From contig CBDBOV010000004.1 of NCBI GenBank assembly GCA_965208575.1, positions 416,001 through 480,000 on the forward strand: 64,000 nucleotides of DNA. The letters are read 5' to 3'. The DNA comes from Spirochaetia bacterium (GTDB lineage: Bacteria; Spirochaetota; Spirochaetia; SZUA-6; Bin103). The notes below the pieces were generated by a model. It ran no database searches. It was not told the origin of the DNA and saw only the letters and a list, made by a program, of their open reading frames with translations. Position numbers and translations under genes: made by a program. Below, piece after piece: positions 18,840 through 29,347 of the stretch (within the stretch, counting starts at the first letter, position 1; each line of letters begins with the position of its first letter).

Positions 18840-20876
18840 CTAGCGCCGCGACGCATCCTTGAAGTAGAGCTGGTCATTGAAGTAGTTGAGCTCACCATTC
18901 CAAGTCATCCACGGTAGCAATCCCGTTGGCGTATTGCCGAGGTCGGTGCCGGCAATGTAGAGCTGTGGTGCCAGCCCCACGGTGCCGATCAGATACAGTT
19001 GCTCGGCATGATAATCGTAGAGCTTGGTGACTGCCTCGACGTACTCCGGGGTACCGGTAAGCATATTCGCGGCGGCCTCAAAGTTGCGAGACCACTCCTT
19101 CCAGTGCTCGGGCGGCTCTTCCACCATGTTCGGCGGGGGGCTGTAGGAATAGGCTGATCCCGGGTCGCGCTGAAAGCTGGAACCTTGCGGGGTGCCGCCG
19201 TTCTGAACATAGAACCACTCATTCCATCCCATTGCCCAACGGAGGTCAGCTTGCCGTACGTTATGCATAATACCTGTGGCGGCGAACTCGGTAGCCTCCC
19301 GAATGAGCCCAAAGCTCGCGTCGGCGGTGTCCGGGTCGATCTCCCACCAAGTGTCTCCTCCCGTTTCCGGAAAAACGGGTTTCAGGATCAGTTTCACCCC
19401 CACATCCGCCCACTGATCGATCAGCAACTCTACCGTGCCGATTGCGGTGGGTTGATCGCCCCTGCCGGCTTCTACATACATCACAATTTCCAGCGGCTCG
19501 CCGTTTGACATCAGGCGGGTCCCATCGCTGCTTCTTTGGGTCAGTCCAAGCTCGTCGAGCATAGTGTTCGCCAGGTCGGGGTCGTACTGCGCCCACGCCT
19601 GCTCCCACTCCGGATTGAACCAGCTGACGCTCGGACCAATGGTGAACTGCCGCGGAACTCCCTGACCGGCGTACAGGACCTCGTTAATGTCCTCGCGGTC
19701 AATGGCGATCGACATCGCCTGGCGAAATCTCACGTCCTGGTAGAGCTCCCGCTTGATCGGATCGCCGTTATTTACGTTGAAGGCGACCCCCCCATCACTG
19801 GCGTTGAAGCCGGGTAGAGCGGAGACACGGTACCCTCCGGCGGCCTCGTTTTCCTTGAACAGCGTAAAGTTTTCAAAGGCAACGCTCATGAAGCCGACAT
19901 CCGATTCACCTGAGAGGATGCGCGCCGTGTACACCTCCGTGTCGGCCACGACGCTGATCACCACACGGTCGACATAGGGCAGTTGATTGCCCTCCTCATC
20001 CACGCGGAAGTAGTAGGGATTGCGGACGAAGCGCTTTACGGTGGTGTCCCGGGACTCATAATTCCACGGGTAGGTAACCGGTCGCCAAACGCCATCGGCC
20101 GAGGGTTGTCTATTGTGCCAGAAGTAGTGGTGCTGTGCGGCAGCTTTCCAGTCGGCGAACCCCAGCTCTTTAGCGAGCGCCTCTGCGTCGGGGTTGTACC
20201 TTGGGAAGAACCGCTCCAGGTAGTGTTTGGGTGCGTACATCTGCCAGTCGGAGCCGGGCCACAAGCCCATCTTTGTGTAGTCGCCTACGGCACCGCCGGC
20301 CGCGTGCAGCTCCACCGTGTAGTCATCGATCCTGTCGATTGACTGGAACGTCAGTTGGCCCTTCCAGGATTCGAGACCTTCCGTCGCTTGGATGTCCTCC
20401 CACATGAACACAAAGTCGTCCGCTGTAAGCGGCGCGCCGTCGGACCACTTCATGCCCTCACGCAGATGGAGAATAACTGAGGTCTGGTCGGGGCCCAGTT
20501 CAACCGACTTCGCGATGTCTCCTTGCAGCTGCATGTTCGCATCGTAGGCGCCGAGAGAACCTCCGGCGTCCGGCATCTCGCTCAGATCACCCCAGGGGGT
20601 TATGTTCATCATCGCCGAATGCAGCGTGCCGCCATAGAGGCCGATATCATCAACCCCGCCTCCTACCAACGGCCGCACCGAAGGTTCCAGCGGGAGTCGC
20701 TCTTCCACCGGCGGCAGCTCGCCCGCGGCCACCATAGCGGCCAGCATCGGCGCCTCGCCGTACTGGCCTGTCCGTACCGGAGCGCCCGTCTCACCTTCTT
20801 CTGGCTCTGCCCCTGCATAGAGGGCTCCGCCGGTCAGCACAGTCAGCACGAGAGCCAAAACGATTGTCCTATTCAT
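18840..20876 (-). CDS. ABC substrate-binding protein, family 5
   Basis: Signal peptide; GEAPML, KWSDG, RNPYYFRVD, FRQAMSIAIDR. Confidence 0.95.
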   Translation of the reverse strand: MNRTIVLALVLTVLTGGALYAGAEPEEGETGAPVRTGQYGEAPMLAAMVAAGELPPVEERLPLEPSVRPLVGGGVDDIGLYGGTLHSAMMNITPWGDLSEMPDAGGSLGAYDANMQLQGDIAKSVELGPDQTSVILHLREGMKWSDGAPLTADDFVFMWEDIQATEGLESWKGQLTFQSIDRIDDYTVELHAAGGAVGDYTKMGLWPGSDWQMYAPKHYLERFFPRYNPDAEALAKELGFADWKAAAQHHYFWHNRQPSADGVWRPVTYPWNYESRDTTVKRFVRNPYYFRVDEEGNQLPYVDRVVISVVADTEVYTARILSGESDVGFMSVAFENFTLFKENEAAGGYRVSALPGFNASDGGVAFNVNNGDPIKRELYQDVRFRQAMSIAIDREDINEVLYAGQGVPRQFTIGPSVSWFNPEWEQAWAQYDPDLANTMLDELGLTQRSSDGTRLMSNGEPLEIVMYVEAGRGDQPTAIGTVELLIDQWADVGVKLILKPVFPETGGDTWWEIDPDTADASFGLIREATEFAATGIMHNVRQADLRWAMGWNEWFYVQNGGTPQGSSFQRDPGSAYSYSPPPNMVEEPPEHWKEWSRNFEAAANMLTGTPEYVEAVTKLYDYHAEQLYLIGTVGLAPQLYIAGTDLGNTPTGLLPWMTWNGELNYFNDQLYFKDASRR

Positions 20877-21072
20877 AGATCCTTTCCCTCATAAAGATTT
20901 GCCTGGAATTGATAGTTCGGCGCCAAAGGCGCCTTCTCGCCCTATGTAATATATACTGCACGCTGACGTCAACGCGCTCCTGTGCGTGCAGCGCCAACTC
21001 ATGCGTGCGTTACGTTGACGCCACAGCGGTCTGCGCGATAGGGTTGCGCAACGATTCTCAGCAAGGAGGAAT

Positions 21073-23094
21073 ATGGTGAGAAAGGTATGGCGAGTGGCGC
21101 TTGCCGTCCTCATTGCCGGCTTGGCGGCTGCTGCCGCGTTCGCCGGCGGGGAGGGTGAAGGCGACGTACAGATGTCCGCGCCGGCGGCCGAGATGATGGC
21201 CGAGTACGGCGACGTGTGGCAGTGGGACACCCTGCAGGACTACGAGCGCGACACCGGCAACACGATCACCCAGTTCGGCGAGGCGCCGATGCTGGCGGCG
21301 ATGGTGGCGGCCGGAGAGTTGCCCCCGGTCGACGAACGGCTGCCGGAGGAGCCGCTGGTGTTCAACGTGTTCGAGGGCATCGGCACCTACGGCGGAACGC
21401 TCAAGACGGCCTCGATCGGCACCGAGTACACCGAGGTGACGCCGATTCGCGGGCTGGTCGGCGCCGTGCAGACCGCCAACCGCGGTCCGGGCAAGCCGAT
21501 CGACATCGTGCCCTACATCCACAAGGGATGGGAAATGTCGGACGACCAGAAGACCGTCACCCTGTACATGCGGCGCGGCATGAAGTGGTCCGACGGCCAC
21601 CCCTACACCGCGGACGACGTGATGTTCTCGTTCGAGGACTTCCTGCTCATCGACGAGTTCCCGTCCGGCTGGCATCGCAGCGGCTGGGGGCCGATGACGC
21701 ACGCCGAGAAGGTGGACGACTACACGGTGCGGCTGCACTACTCCGACCCGTTTCCGACGCTGCCGGGCTGGTACGAGTTCTGGGGCGGCTGGCATCCGCA
21801 CTCCTATCCCAAGCACTACCTCTCCAAGTACCACGCCAAGTACAACGACAACGCCGACGCCCTGGCCAAGGAGGAAGGCTTCGACAACTGGGTGCAGGCA
21901 GTGTGGCAGAAACAGAGCAGCGGCGGCGACTTCCGGGTCCAGGACATCGACACGCCGAGCACCAAGCCGTGGAACCACGAGGAGATCACCACCACCTACG
22001 TCCTCCACGTGCGCAATCCATACCACTTCGCCATCGACCCGGCCGGCAACCAGCTCCCCTACATCGACCGCCTGCGGGTGGAGACGGTGGCCGACTCCGA
22101 GACCCTCAACCTGAAGATAATCGCCGGCGAGCTGTCGATTGCCGCCCTCGGACTGGCAACGCCCGACTTCCCGCTGTTCAAGGAAAACGAGGAGTCGGGT
22201 AACTACCAGACGCTGATGTGGCCGCGTGCCGCCGGCGCCGAGAGCTTTTACGCGTTCAACCTCACGCACCAGGATCCGGCGCAGCGCGAGGTATTCCAGG
22301 ACGTGCGCTTCCGGCAGGCGATGTCGCTGGCCATCAACCGCGAGGAGATCAACAAGGTGCTGTTCTTCGGGCTCGCGGTCCCGCGGCAGGCGGCGATGGA
22401 TCCCGAGAACTCCTTCTACAAGGAGGAGTGGGCGACCCGCCACGCGGAGTACGATCCCGATACCGCGAACCGGCTGCTTGACGAAATGGGCCTTGAGCGC
22501 GGCGGCGACGGGTTCCGCCTGCGGCCCGACGGCGAAGTGCTGCACGCCCAGATTCTGATTCCGCTGGAGTGGCCGATCCACGTGGCGATCGGCGAGTTGG
22601 TGGCCGAGTATTGGCAGGACGTGGGCGTGAAGGTGGACCCGCGCTCGTACAGCATCGACCTGGTGGGCGAGCGGCTGGGCACCAACGACTATGACATTGC
22701 CGTCTGGTTCCTGCGCCGCACCAACGAGAGCAAGGGCTACCTGCCGTCCAACAAGTTCACCTCCCCGGACGGCCACTACGCTCCCCTGTGGTGGGCGTGG
22801 CACAATTCCGGTGGCGAGAGCGGCGAGGAGCCGCCGCCTGAGTTCCAGGATTTCTTCGAGCTGGCCGGTCAGTGGTACATCACGGCCGACAAGGCCGAGC
22901 GCGACCGCATCGCGACGCAACTGTTCGACTTCGCTTCCGAGCAGGTGCTGCTGATCGGTACGGTCGGCTACGCCCCGATTCCGGTCGTCGTCGGCAACGA
23001 GATGGGCAACGTCCCGCGCGACGTACGGTACATCGGCGACGACGTGCAGTTCCTCCGTGACGTCAAGCCCGACCAGTGGTACATCAAGCAATAG
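21073..23094 (+). CDS. ABC substrate-binding protein, family 5 (paralog B)
   Basis: As paralog A. Confidence 0.95.
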   Translation: MVRKVWRVALAVLIAGLAAAAAFAGGEGEGDVQMSAPAAEMMAEYGDVWQWDTLQDYERDTGNTITQFGEAPMLAAMVAAGELPPVDERLPEEPLVFNVFEGIGTYGGTLKTASIGTEYTEVTPIRGLVGAVQTANRGPGKPIDIVPYIHKGWEMSDDQKTVTLYMRRGMKWSDGHPYTADDVMFSFEDFLLIDEFPSGWHRSGWGPMTHAEKVDDYTVRLHYSDPFPTLPGWYEFWGGWHPHSYPKHYLSKYHAKYNDNADALAKEEGFDNWVQAVWQKQSSGGDFRVQDIDTPSTKPWNHEEITTTYVLHVRNPYHFAIDPAGNQLPYIDRLRVETVADSETLNLKIIAGELSIAALGLATPDFPLFKENEESGNYQTLMWPRAAGAESFYAFNLTHQDPAQREVFQDVRFRQAMSLAINREEINKVLFFGLAVPRQAAMDPENSFYKEEWATRHAEYDPDTANRLLDEMGLERGGDGFRLRPDGEVLHAQILIPLEWPIHVAIGELVAEYWQDVGVKVDPRSYSIDLVGERLGTNDYDIAVWFLRRTNESKGYLPSNKFTSPDGHYAPLWWAWHNSGGESGEEPPPEFQDFFELAGQWYITADKAERDRIATQLFDFASEQVLLIGTVGYAPIPVVVGNEMGNVPRDVRYIGDDVQFLRDVKPDQWYIKQ

Positions 23095-23110
23095 TTCAGG
23101 CGATCGTCGC

Positions 23111-23142
23111 TGCAGGAGGCCCGCTCGCGCGGGCCTCCTGCA
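23111..23142 (+). terminator. 14-bp GC hairpin after the SBP gene (attenuator or mRNA-stabilising stem)
   Basis: TGCAGGAGGCCCGC-TCGC-GCGGGCCTCCTGCA; no U-tract. Confidence 0.6.
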
Positions 23143-23169
23143 TATAGGGGATAGGAGCTAACCGCACGG

Positions 23170-24171
23170 ATGACCGCGTACGTGGTGCGCAGAGTGTTCT
23201 ACATGATGATCACCCTGGCACTGGTATCGGTGGTGGGCTTTGCCATCATCCAGTTGCCCCCGGGCGACTTCCTGACTACCCACCTGCGCCAGCTCGGGCT
23301 TACCGGCACCCAGCTCACCGAGGAGGAACTGCAAGACATCCGTGCCTACTACGGGTTGGACAAACCGGGCTACATGCAGTACTTCGTGTGGGTCGGCAAC
23401 ATGTTGCGCGGCGACCTCGGCGAGTCGTACTCGTACCGGATCCCGGTCGGGGAACTGTTGGGGGACCGGCTGCCGCTCACGGTGCTGGTGTCGCTGCTGA
23501 CCATCGTGGTCACCTTTCTGCTGGCCGTGCCGATCGGCATCTACTCGGCCACTCATCAATACTCGCTCGGCGACTACACGGCCACCGTGTTCGGCTTCAT
23601 CGGGCTGGCCACGCCCAACTTCATGCTCGCCCTGCTGCTGATGTGGATTTCGCTGAGCTGGTTCGGTTTCCCCATCACCGGGCTGTTCTCGTCCGAGTAC
23701 CTGGATCAGCCGTGGAGCGTGGCCAAGTTCCTGGACATGCTGTTGCATCTGCCGGTCGCCATTCTGGTAGTGGCCACCGGCGGAACCGCCGGCCTGATTC
23801 GGATTATGCGCGGCTCGCTGCTGGACGAACTGCAGAAGCAGTACGTGATCACTGCGCGCTCGAAGGGGCTGGAGGAGGGCGCGCTGCTGTTCAAGTACCC
23901 GGTGCGCATCGCCATCAACCCGATCATCAGCGGTATCGGCGCCGTGTTCCCGGAGATCGTCTCCGGAACGATCATCACGGCCATCGTGCTCAACCTGCCG
24001 ACCGTGGGGCCGCTGCTGTTCAACGCGCTCACCCAGGAAGACATGCAGCTCGCGGCGAGCATCGTGATGGTGCTCTCGGTCCTTACCATCATCGGGGTGT
24101 TCGTGTCCGACATGCTGCTGCTGTGGCTCGACCCGCGCATCCGCTTCGGGGCGGGAAGGAGCACGGCATGA
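23170..24171 (+). CDS. ABC transporter permease (DppB-like)
   Basis: LPPGD, YVITARSKG, DPRIR. Confidence 0.95.
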   Translation: MTAYVVRRVFYMMITLALVSVVGFAIIQLPPGDFLTTHLRQLGLTGTQLTEEELQDIRAYYGLDKPGYMQYFVWVGNMLRGDLGESYSYRIPVGELLGDRLPLTVLVSLLTIVVTFLLAVPIGIYSATHQYSLGDYTATVFGFIGLATPNFMLALLLMWISLSWFGFPITGLFSSEYLDQPWSVAKFLDMLLHLPVAILVVATGGTAGLIRIMRGSLLDELQKQYVITARSKGLEEGALLFKYPVRIAINPIISGIGAVFPEIVSGTIITAIVLNLPTVGPLLFNALTQEDMQLAASIVMVLSVLTIIGVFVSDMLLLWLDPRIRFGAGRSTA

Positions 24172-25313
24172 GCGACAGCAAACCCCGGTCGGGCGAGGCG
24201 GGACTGCTCGCCACCGAGGAGGATGCGTCGGAGCGCTACTACCTCGCGTCGCAGTGGACCCTGATGCGGCGCCGCTTCACGCGCCACCGCCTGGCCCTGA
24301 TCGGGCTGGTGGTGCTGGGGCTGCTCTACTTCGTGGCCCTGTTCGCCGAGTTCTTCGCCACCCAGGACATCTACCGGCGCGACTCCGACCACCTGTACGC
24401 GCCGCCGCAGCGCATCCGCTTCATGGGCGAAGACGGCCTCTCGCTGCGCCCGTTCGTGTACCCGTGGCGGGTCGAGCTCGACCTGGAGACGTTCCGCAAC
24501 CGCTACGCCCCGGACACCTCGCGCAAGGCGTACCTGCGCTTGTTCGCCCGCGGCGACGAATACGAGCTGTGGGGCGTGTTCCCGAGCCGCATACACCTGC
24601 TCGGGGTCGACGAAGGCACCCTGTTCCTGCTGGGCGCCGACAAGTTCGGGCGCGACATCTACTCGCGCACGCTGTACGCCGCCCGCACCTCGCTGTCGAT
24701 CGGCCTGGTCGGCGTGGCCCTGGCGTTCGTGCTCGGCTGCACGTTCGGCGGCATTTCCGGCTTCTTCGGCGGCGCCGCCGACATGGCGATTCAGCGCCTG
24801 ATCGAGTTCATGCAGTCGATCCCCTCCATTCCGCTGTGGATGGCGCTGTCGGCCGCGGTGCCGCGCCAGTGGGGGCCGCTGCAAGTGTACCTCGGGATCA
24901 CCATCATTCTGTCGCTGCTGGCCTGGACCGGGCTGGCGCGGGTGGTGCGCGGCAAGCTGCTGCAGTTGCGCGAGGAGGACTTCGTGATGGCGGCGGCGAT
25001 CGCCGGTTCCACCGCGACCAGCATCATCGTGCGCCACCTGCTGCCCTCCTTCCTGAGCTTCCTGATCGTGTCGCTGACGCTGTCGATACCGGGCATGATC
25101 CTGGGCGAGACCGCGTTGAGCTTCCTCGGCCTGGGGCTGCGCCCGCCCACGGTGAGCTGGGGCGTGCTGCTCAAGGAGGCGCAGAACGTGCGCACTATCG
25201 AACTGCACCCGTGGATGATGATTCCCGGCCTGCTGGTGATCGTCACGGTGCTATGCTACAACTTCGTCGGCGACGGCCTGCGCGACGCCGCCGACCCGTA
25301 CAAGAGCAATTAG
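24168..25313 (+). CDS. ABC transporter permease (DppC-like)
   Basis: ATGA overlap; ASQWTLMRRRF, GADKFGRD, GDGLRDAADP. Confidence 0.95.
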   Translation: MSDSKPRSGEAGLLATEEDASERYYLASQWTLMRRRFTRHRLALIGLVVLGLLYFVALFAEFFATQDIYRRDSDHLYAPPQRIRFMGEDGLSLRPFVYPWRVELDLETFRNRYAPDTSRKAYLRLFARGDEYELWGVFPSRIHLLGVDEGTLFLLGADKFGRDIYSRTLYAARTSLSIGLVGVALAFVLGCTFGGISGFFGGAADMAIQRLIEFMQSIPSIPLWMALSAAVPRQWGPLQVYLGITIILSLLAWTGLARVVRGKLLQLREEDFVMAAAIAGSTATSIIVRHLLPSFLSFLIVSLTLSIPGMILGETALSFLGLGLRPPTVSWGVLLKEAQNVRTIELHPWMMIPGLLVIVTVLCYNFVGDGLRDAADPYKSN

Positions 25314-25321
25314 CGGCGTTC

Positions 25322-26953
25322 ATGATCTGGCCACGCGCTCTCGGGCTGACGCTGCTGTTCTGTGCAATGTGCCCCACCCTGGTTCCGGCGGACCCGCGGG
25401 TGACCCACCGGGCGCAGCCGGTGGTGGCGGGAGCGGAGTGCAGCGGGGCGTTCGTGTCCCATCCCCTGCCCCACACCACCGTGTTCTCGCCGCAGCGGGG
25501 GCCGATCTTCGCCGGCGTCGGTTCGGCGCTCGGCCTGGGCGACCTGGACAACGACGGCGACATCGACATCGTGCTGGCCAACCTGGACGGACCGAGCAGC
25601 ATCCTGTGGAACGGCGGTGCGCTCACCTTCTCGCGCCGGGAGTTGGCGGCCGACAACGCGCGCGCGGTCAACATCGTGGACTTCGACGGCGACGGCTGGC
25701 AGGACCTTGTCCTCTCCCACCCCGGCAACCCGCCGAGCCTGTGGCTCAGCGCCGCCGCCGACGGGACGCGCACCTTCGTGCGCACCGAGGGCTTCGGGCC
25801 GTGGCACGTGCTCAACGCGATCGCCCTGGCGGACGTGGACCGCGACGGCGACCTGGACCTGGCGGGCGCGAGCTACGACGGCGAGATCGCCGAGTTCTAC
25901 GACGGCTTCGTGATCGGCGGCGGCGTCGCCTATTACGAGAACGTCGACGGCAAGCTGCACGCGTTCGAGTTGGTGCGCCACGCGCATGCGCTTGCGATGC
26001 TGCTGACCGATCTGGACGGCGACGGGCGGCTCGACATCCTGGTCGGCAACGACTTCGAGCTGCCGGACTACGCCTTCCTGTGGACTCCGGACGGGTTCCG
26101 GATCCGCAACGTGCTGCCGCGCATGCCGCGCAACACGATGAGCCTCGACGCTGCCGACATTGACAACGACGGCCGGCTCGAGTTGTTCAGCGCCGACATG
26201 AAGCCCTACGCCGATGATGCCGCCACCCGCGCGGCGTGGGGCGCCCTGAAGGCGAACTACGACGCGCTGGCCGCCGATGATCCGCAGATCGAGGAGAACA
26301 CACTGCTGGTGGGCAGCGTCGCCGAGGGCTTCGAGAATCGCGCCCCGGACAGCGGCGTGGACGCCAGTGGCTGGAGCTGGTCGGCCAAGTTCGCCGACCT
26401 GGACAACGACGGGCTGCAGGATCTGTACGTGGTCAACGGCATGTACAGCGAGGACTCCTTCGGGCACCTTCCCGGCGCCGAGCTGATCGAAGAGAACCAG
26501 GTGTTTCGCAACCAGGGCGGCGGCAAGTTCCGCCGTGCCCCGGAGTGGGGCCTGGGCAGCACCGCCGGCGGCCGCGGCATGAGCATGGCCGACCTCGACG
26601 GCGACGGCGACCTCGACATCGTGGTGAACAACCTGCGCGCGCCGGCGGAGGTGCTGGAGAACCGGCTGTGCGGCGGCGCGAGCCTGCAGGTGGACCTGCG
26701 GTGGCCCGGCAGCGGCAACACCCGCGCCATCGGTTCGCGCCTCATCTTGCACGCGTCGACCGGGACCTACCTGCGCGAGATCCGCAGCTCCAGCGGTTTC
26801 CTGTCCGGCGACCCCGGCCGCGTCCACTTCGGCTTCCCGGAGGGCGCCGCGCTGCAGCGGTTGGAAATCTCCTGGCCCGACGGCGCCCGCTCCACCCTGC
26901 CCGCTCCCGCCGCCAACACCCTGCTCACCGTGCGGCGGGCAACCCTGCGGTAG
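25322..26953 (+). CDS. CRTAC1-family secreted protein (FG-GAP/VCBS repeats plus ASPIC-UnbV domain)
   Basis: Signal peptide; about seven DxDxDGxxD repeats; C-term AIGSR...GFLS...VHFG...WPDG. Confidence 0.9.
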   Translation: MIWPRALGLTLLFCAMCPTLVPADPRVTHRAQPVVAGAECSGAFVSHPLPHTTVFSPQRGPIFAGVGSALGLGDLDNDGDIDIVLANLDGPSSILWNGGALTFSRRELAADNARAVNIVDFDGDGWQDLVLSHPGNPPSLWLSAAADGTRTFVRTEGFGPWHVLNAIALADVDRDGDLDLAGASYDGEIAEFYDGFVIGGGVAYYENVDGKLHAFELVRHAHALAMLLTDLDGDGRLDILVGNDFELPDYAFLWTPDGFRIRNVLPRMPRNTMSLDAADIDNDGRLELFSADMKPYADDAATRAAWGALKANYDALAADDPQIEENTLLVGSVAEGFENRAPDSGVDASGWSWSAKFADLDNDGLQDLYVVNGMYSEDSFGHLPGAELIEENQVFRNQGGGKFRRAPEWGLGSTAGGRGMSMADLDGDGDLDIVVNNLRAPAEVLENRLCGGASLQVDLRWPGSGNTRAIGSRLILHASTGTYLREIRSSSGFLSGDPGRVHFGFPEGAALQRLEISWPDGARSTLPAPAANTLLTVRRATLR

Positions 26954-26978
26954 CCGACACGCCGCCCGCCGGTCCGCC

Positions 26979-28019
26979 CTAGCCGTGGTCGTGCTGGTGG
27001 CGGTGGTGGACGTCGGGCACGTGCGGATGCTCGTGTTCGACGGCGTCGTGGAGGTGCGGGTGCACATGGCCGATCCAGGCGGGCAGCCCGGGGTGCTGGT
27101 GCAGGTGGTGGCCGTCGTTGTGGCGGTGCCAGTGTTCGTGCTGCTGGGCCGGATGGCGGTGGCGATGCGCGTGACCCTCGCGCATCAGCACCAGGAGGCC
27201 GAGCACCAGTACCGCGGTAGCGGCGATCTGGATGGCGCCGAACGGCTCACCGAGCACGACCACCGCGAGCAGCACGCCGAAAAACGGCGCGGCCGAGAAC
27301 ACGAGCTGCCCGCGGGTGGCGCCGATATTCTGGGCGGCGGCAATGTACAGCACGATGCTCGCGCCATAGGCGAGTGCTCCCAGCAGCAGCGCGGCCATAG
27401 CGGTGCCCGCCGTGGCGCTCCAGGTCGACACGCCAAGCCCGATGGCGAGGTTGGTGGTGCCGGCCACCAAGCCCTTCCACAGCGTGGTCTCCTGCGGGGT
27501 CAGTCCGTCGATCAGGGAGGTGAAGTGGTTGTCGAAGCCCCAGCAGACGCACGCCAGCGCCACCAGCATCCCCGGCAGGAGCCCGGCGGAATGCTCCTCC
27601 CATGACAGCAGCAGCGCGGCGGCCACGACGAGCCCCGCTCCCACCCAGGCGCGGCCGGTCAGCTGATCGCGGAACAGCACCACGCCCAGCACGGCGGTGG
27701 CGACCAGCTCCAGGTTGAGCCACAACGACACCGACGCGGCCGCGGCCAGCCGCAGCCCGAGCAGCAACAGCGCCGGCCCGGCCATACCGCCCAGTACAAC
27801 CGCCCCGGCGAGCCGCACCAGGTTGGCGCGGTCCAGGCGGACGACCCGTTGCACGACCCGCTTGCGGACCGCAAAGGGGCTCACTCCCAGCGCCGCCCCC
27901 AGGTAGAGCAGACCCGCCAACTGGAACGGGCTTACCTGGTCCAGCAACAGCTTGCTCAACGGCGTGGACGCCCCGAACAGCAGCGCCGAAACCAGTGCTA
28001 TGCCGACCCAGATCGTCAT
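26979..28019 (-). CDS. EamA/DMT transporter with His-rich C-terminal tail
   Basis: LFGASTPLSK, AGLLYLGA, WGFDNH; tail HAHRHRH..H.H.H.PDVHHRH.H. Confidence 0.9.
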   Translation of the reverse strand: MTIWVGIALVSALLFGASTPLSKLLLDQVSPFQLAGLLYLGAALGVSPFAVRKRVVQRVVRLDRANLVRLAGAVVLGGMAGPALLLLGLRLAAAASVSLWLNLELVATAVLGVVLFRDQLTGRAWVGAGLVVAAALLLSWEEHSAGLLPGMLVALACVCWGFDNHFTSLIDGLTPQETTLWKGLVAGTTNLAIGLGVSTWSATAGTAMAALLLGALAYGASIVLYIAAAQNIGATRGQLVFSAAPFFGVLLAVVVLGEPFGAIQIAATAVLVLGLLVLMREGHAHRHRHPAQQHEHWHRHNDGHHLHQHPGLPAWIGHVHPHLHDAVEHEHPHVPDVHHRHQHDHG

Positions 28020-28119
28020 GCCGCGGGCGCCACGTTACCACGGGGTGCGGATGCGCTGTTCGGTGGGTTGTGGCGCGCCGCCGCGGTACGGAGCAAACAG
28101 GATCTGCTCCTCGATTGAC

Positions 28120-28500
28120 TCAAGTGTCCGCGCGGTGGCAGTCGTTGCACAGTCCGAACAGGGTGATTTCGTGCCCTTCGGTGAGGAAGCCGGCGGGCGC
28201 GAGCGCCTCGACGCCGCGCAGGCAACCGCCCACCTCCCACAGTGCGTTGCAGACGCGGCACAGGAAGTGGTGATGGTGCGGCTTGCCGGCACGTTCATAG
28301 CGGGCCGGCAAGCCGGGAATCTCGACCGTTCGCAGCCAGCCGGACTTCACCAGGTCGCGGATGGCGCGGTACACCGTGGCGATGCCGAGTTGGGGCTGGT
28401 GTTCGCGGGCGGCCTCGTACAGCTCCGTCGGGCTCAGCGGCCGGTCGTAGGACTCGATGACCGCCTGAATCGCATCACGCTGCCGGGTTTGCCGTTCCAT
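28120..28500 (-). CDS. Fur-family transcriptional regulator
   Basis: TRQR, GIATVYR, HHHHFLCRVC, GLCNDC. Confidence 0.93.
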   Translation of the reverse strand: MERQTRQRDAIQAVIESYDRPLSPTELYEAAREHQPQLGIATVYRAIRDLVKSGWLRTVEIPGLPARYERAGKPHHHHFLCRVCNALWEVGGCLRGVEALAPAGFLTEGHEITLFGLCNDCHRADT

Positions 28501-29347
28501 GGCGCTCCTCTGACGACGCCGCCCGCAGGACCCGGTCCAGCGCCGAAATGATCAGAAACACGACTACGCACACCAGTGCGATGGCCGCACCAGATGCTAC
28601 GCTCAGATGGTAGGAGATGTACAGGCCGACCAGGCCCGAGAACATACCGATTCCGGCCGCAAGCAGGACGGCGTGATGGAAACGCCGCACGACCTGCAGC
28701 GCGGCGGCGGCGGGCGCCACCATCAAGGTTACCACCAGCGTGATGCCGATGGTCTGCAGCGCCACGGCGATGGCCAGCGCCATCAGCACGAACTGCAGCG
28801 CGGTGAGCATCCGGCTGTTCAGGCGCAGCGCCGCCGCGAACACGCGGTCGAAGGTGACTACCACCATCTCCTTGTAGAATAGCGCCACGACCACGACGAT
28901 GATTGCCGCGACCACGCCAATGCGGATCAGGTCGGCGCGGGTCACGCTCAGGACGTTGCCGAACAGAAAGTGCACCAGGTCTACGGCGAAACTCCGCACC
29001 GTGGAGATGATCGCGATGCCGAGCGCGAACATGCCGGAGTAGACCACCCCGACCGCGGCGTCCTCGCTGATGCGGAACCGCCGGACCAGCGCGGACATAC
29101 CCAACGCGGTAAGAATCGCCGTCCCGGTTGCCCACCAAAACAGGCGGTCGCGCGACAACCCGCTGGCCAGGTAGCCGACGGCGACGCCCGGTACCAGCGA
29201 ATGGGCGAGCGCGCTGCCGATGTAGGACATGCCGCGCAGCACGGCGAAGGTGCCTACCAACGCGCACACGCCGGCGACCATGGTGACCGCCAGCAGCGCG
29301 CGTGCCACGAACGGGTAGCCAAGGGGGGCGAACAGCAACTCGTTCAC
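28475..29347 (-). CDS. Metal (Mn/Zn/Fe) ABC transporter permease
   Basis: ALAHSLVPGVA, EDAAVG, FLFGNVL, VTFD. Confidence 0.92.
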   Translation of the reverse strand: MNELLFAPLGYPFVARALLAVTMVAGVCALVGTFAVLRGMSYIGSALAHSLVPGVAVGYLASGLSRDRLFWWATGTAILTALGMSALVRRFRISEDAAVGVVYSGMFALGIAIISTVRSFAVDLVHFLFGNVLSVTRADLIRIGVVAAIIVVVVALFYKEMVVVTFDRVFAAALRLNSRMLTALQFVLMALAIAVALQTIGITLVVTLMVAPAAAALQVVRRFHHAVLLAAGIGMFSGLVGLYISYHLSVASGAAIALVCVVVFLIISALDRVLRAASSEERHGTANPAA

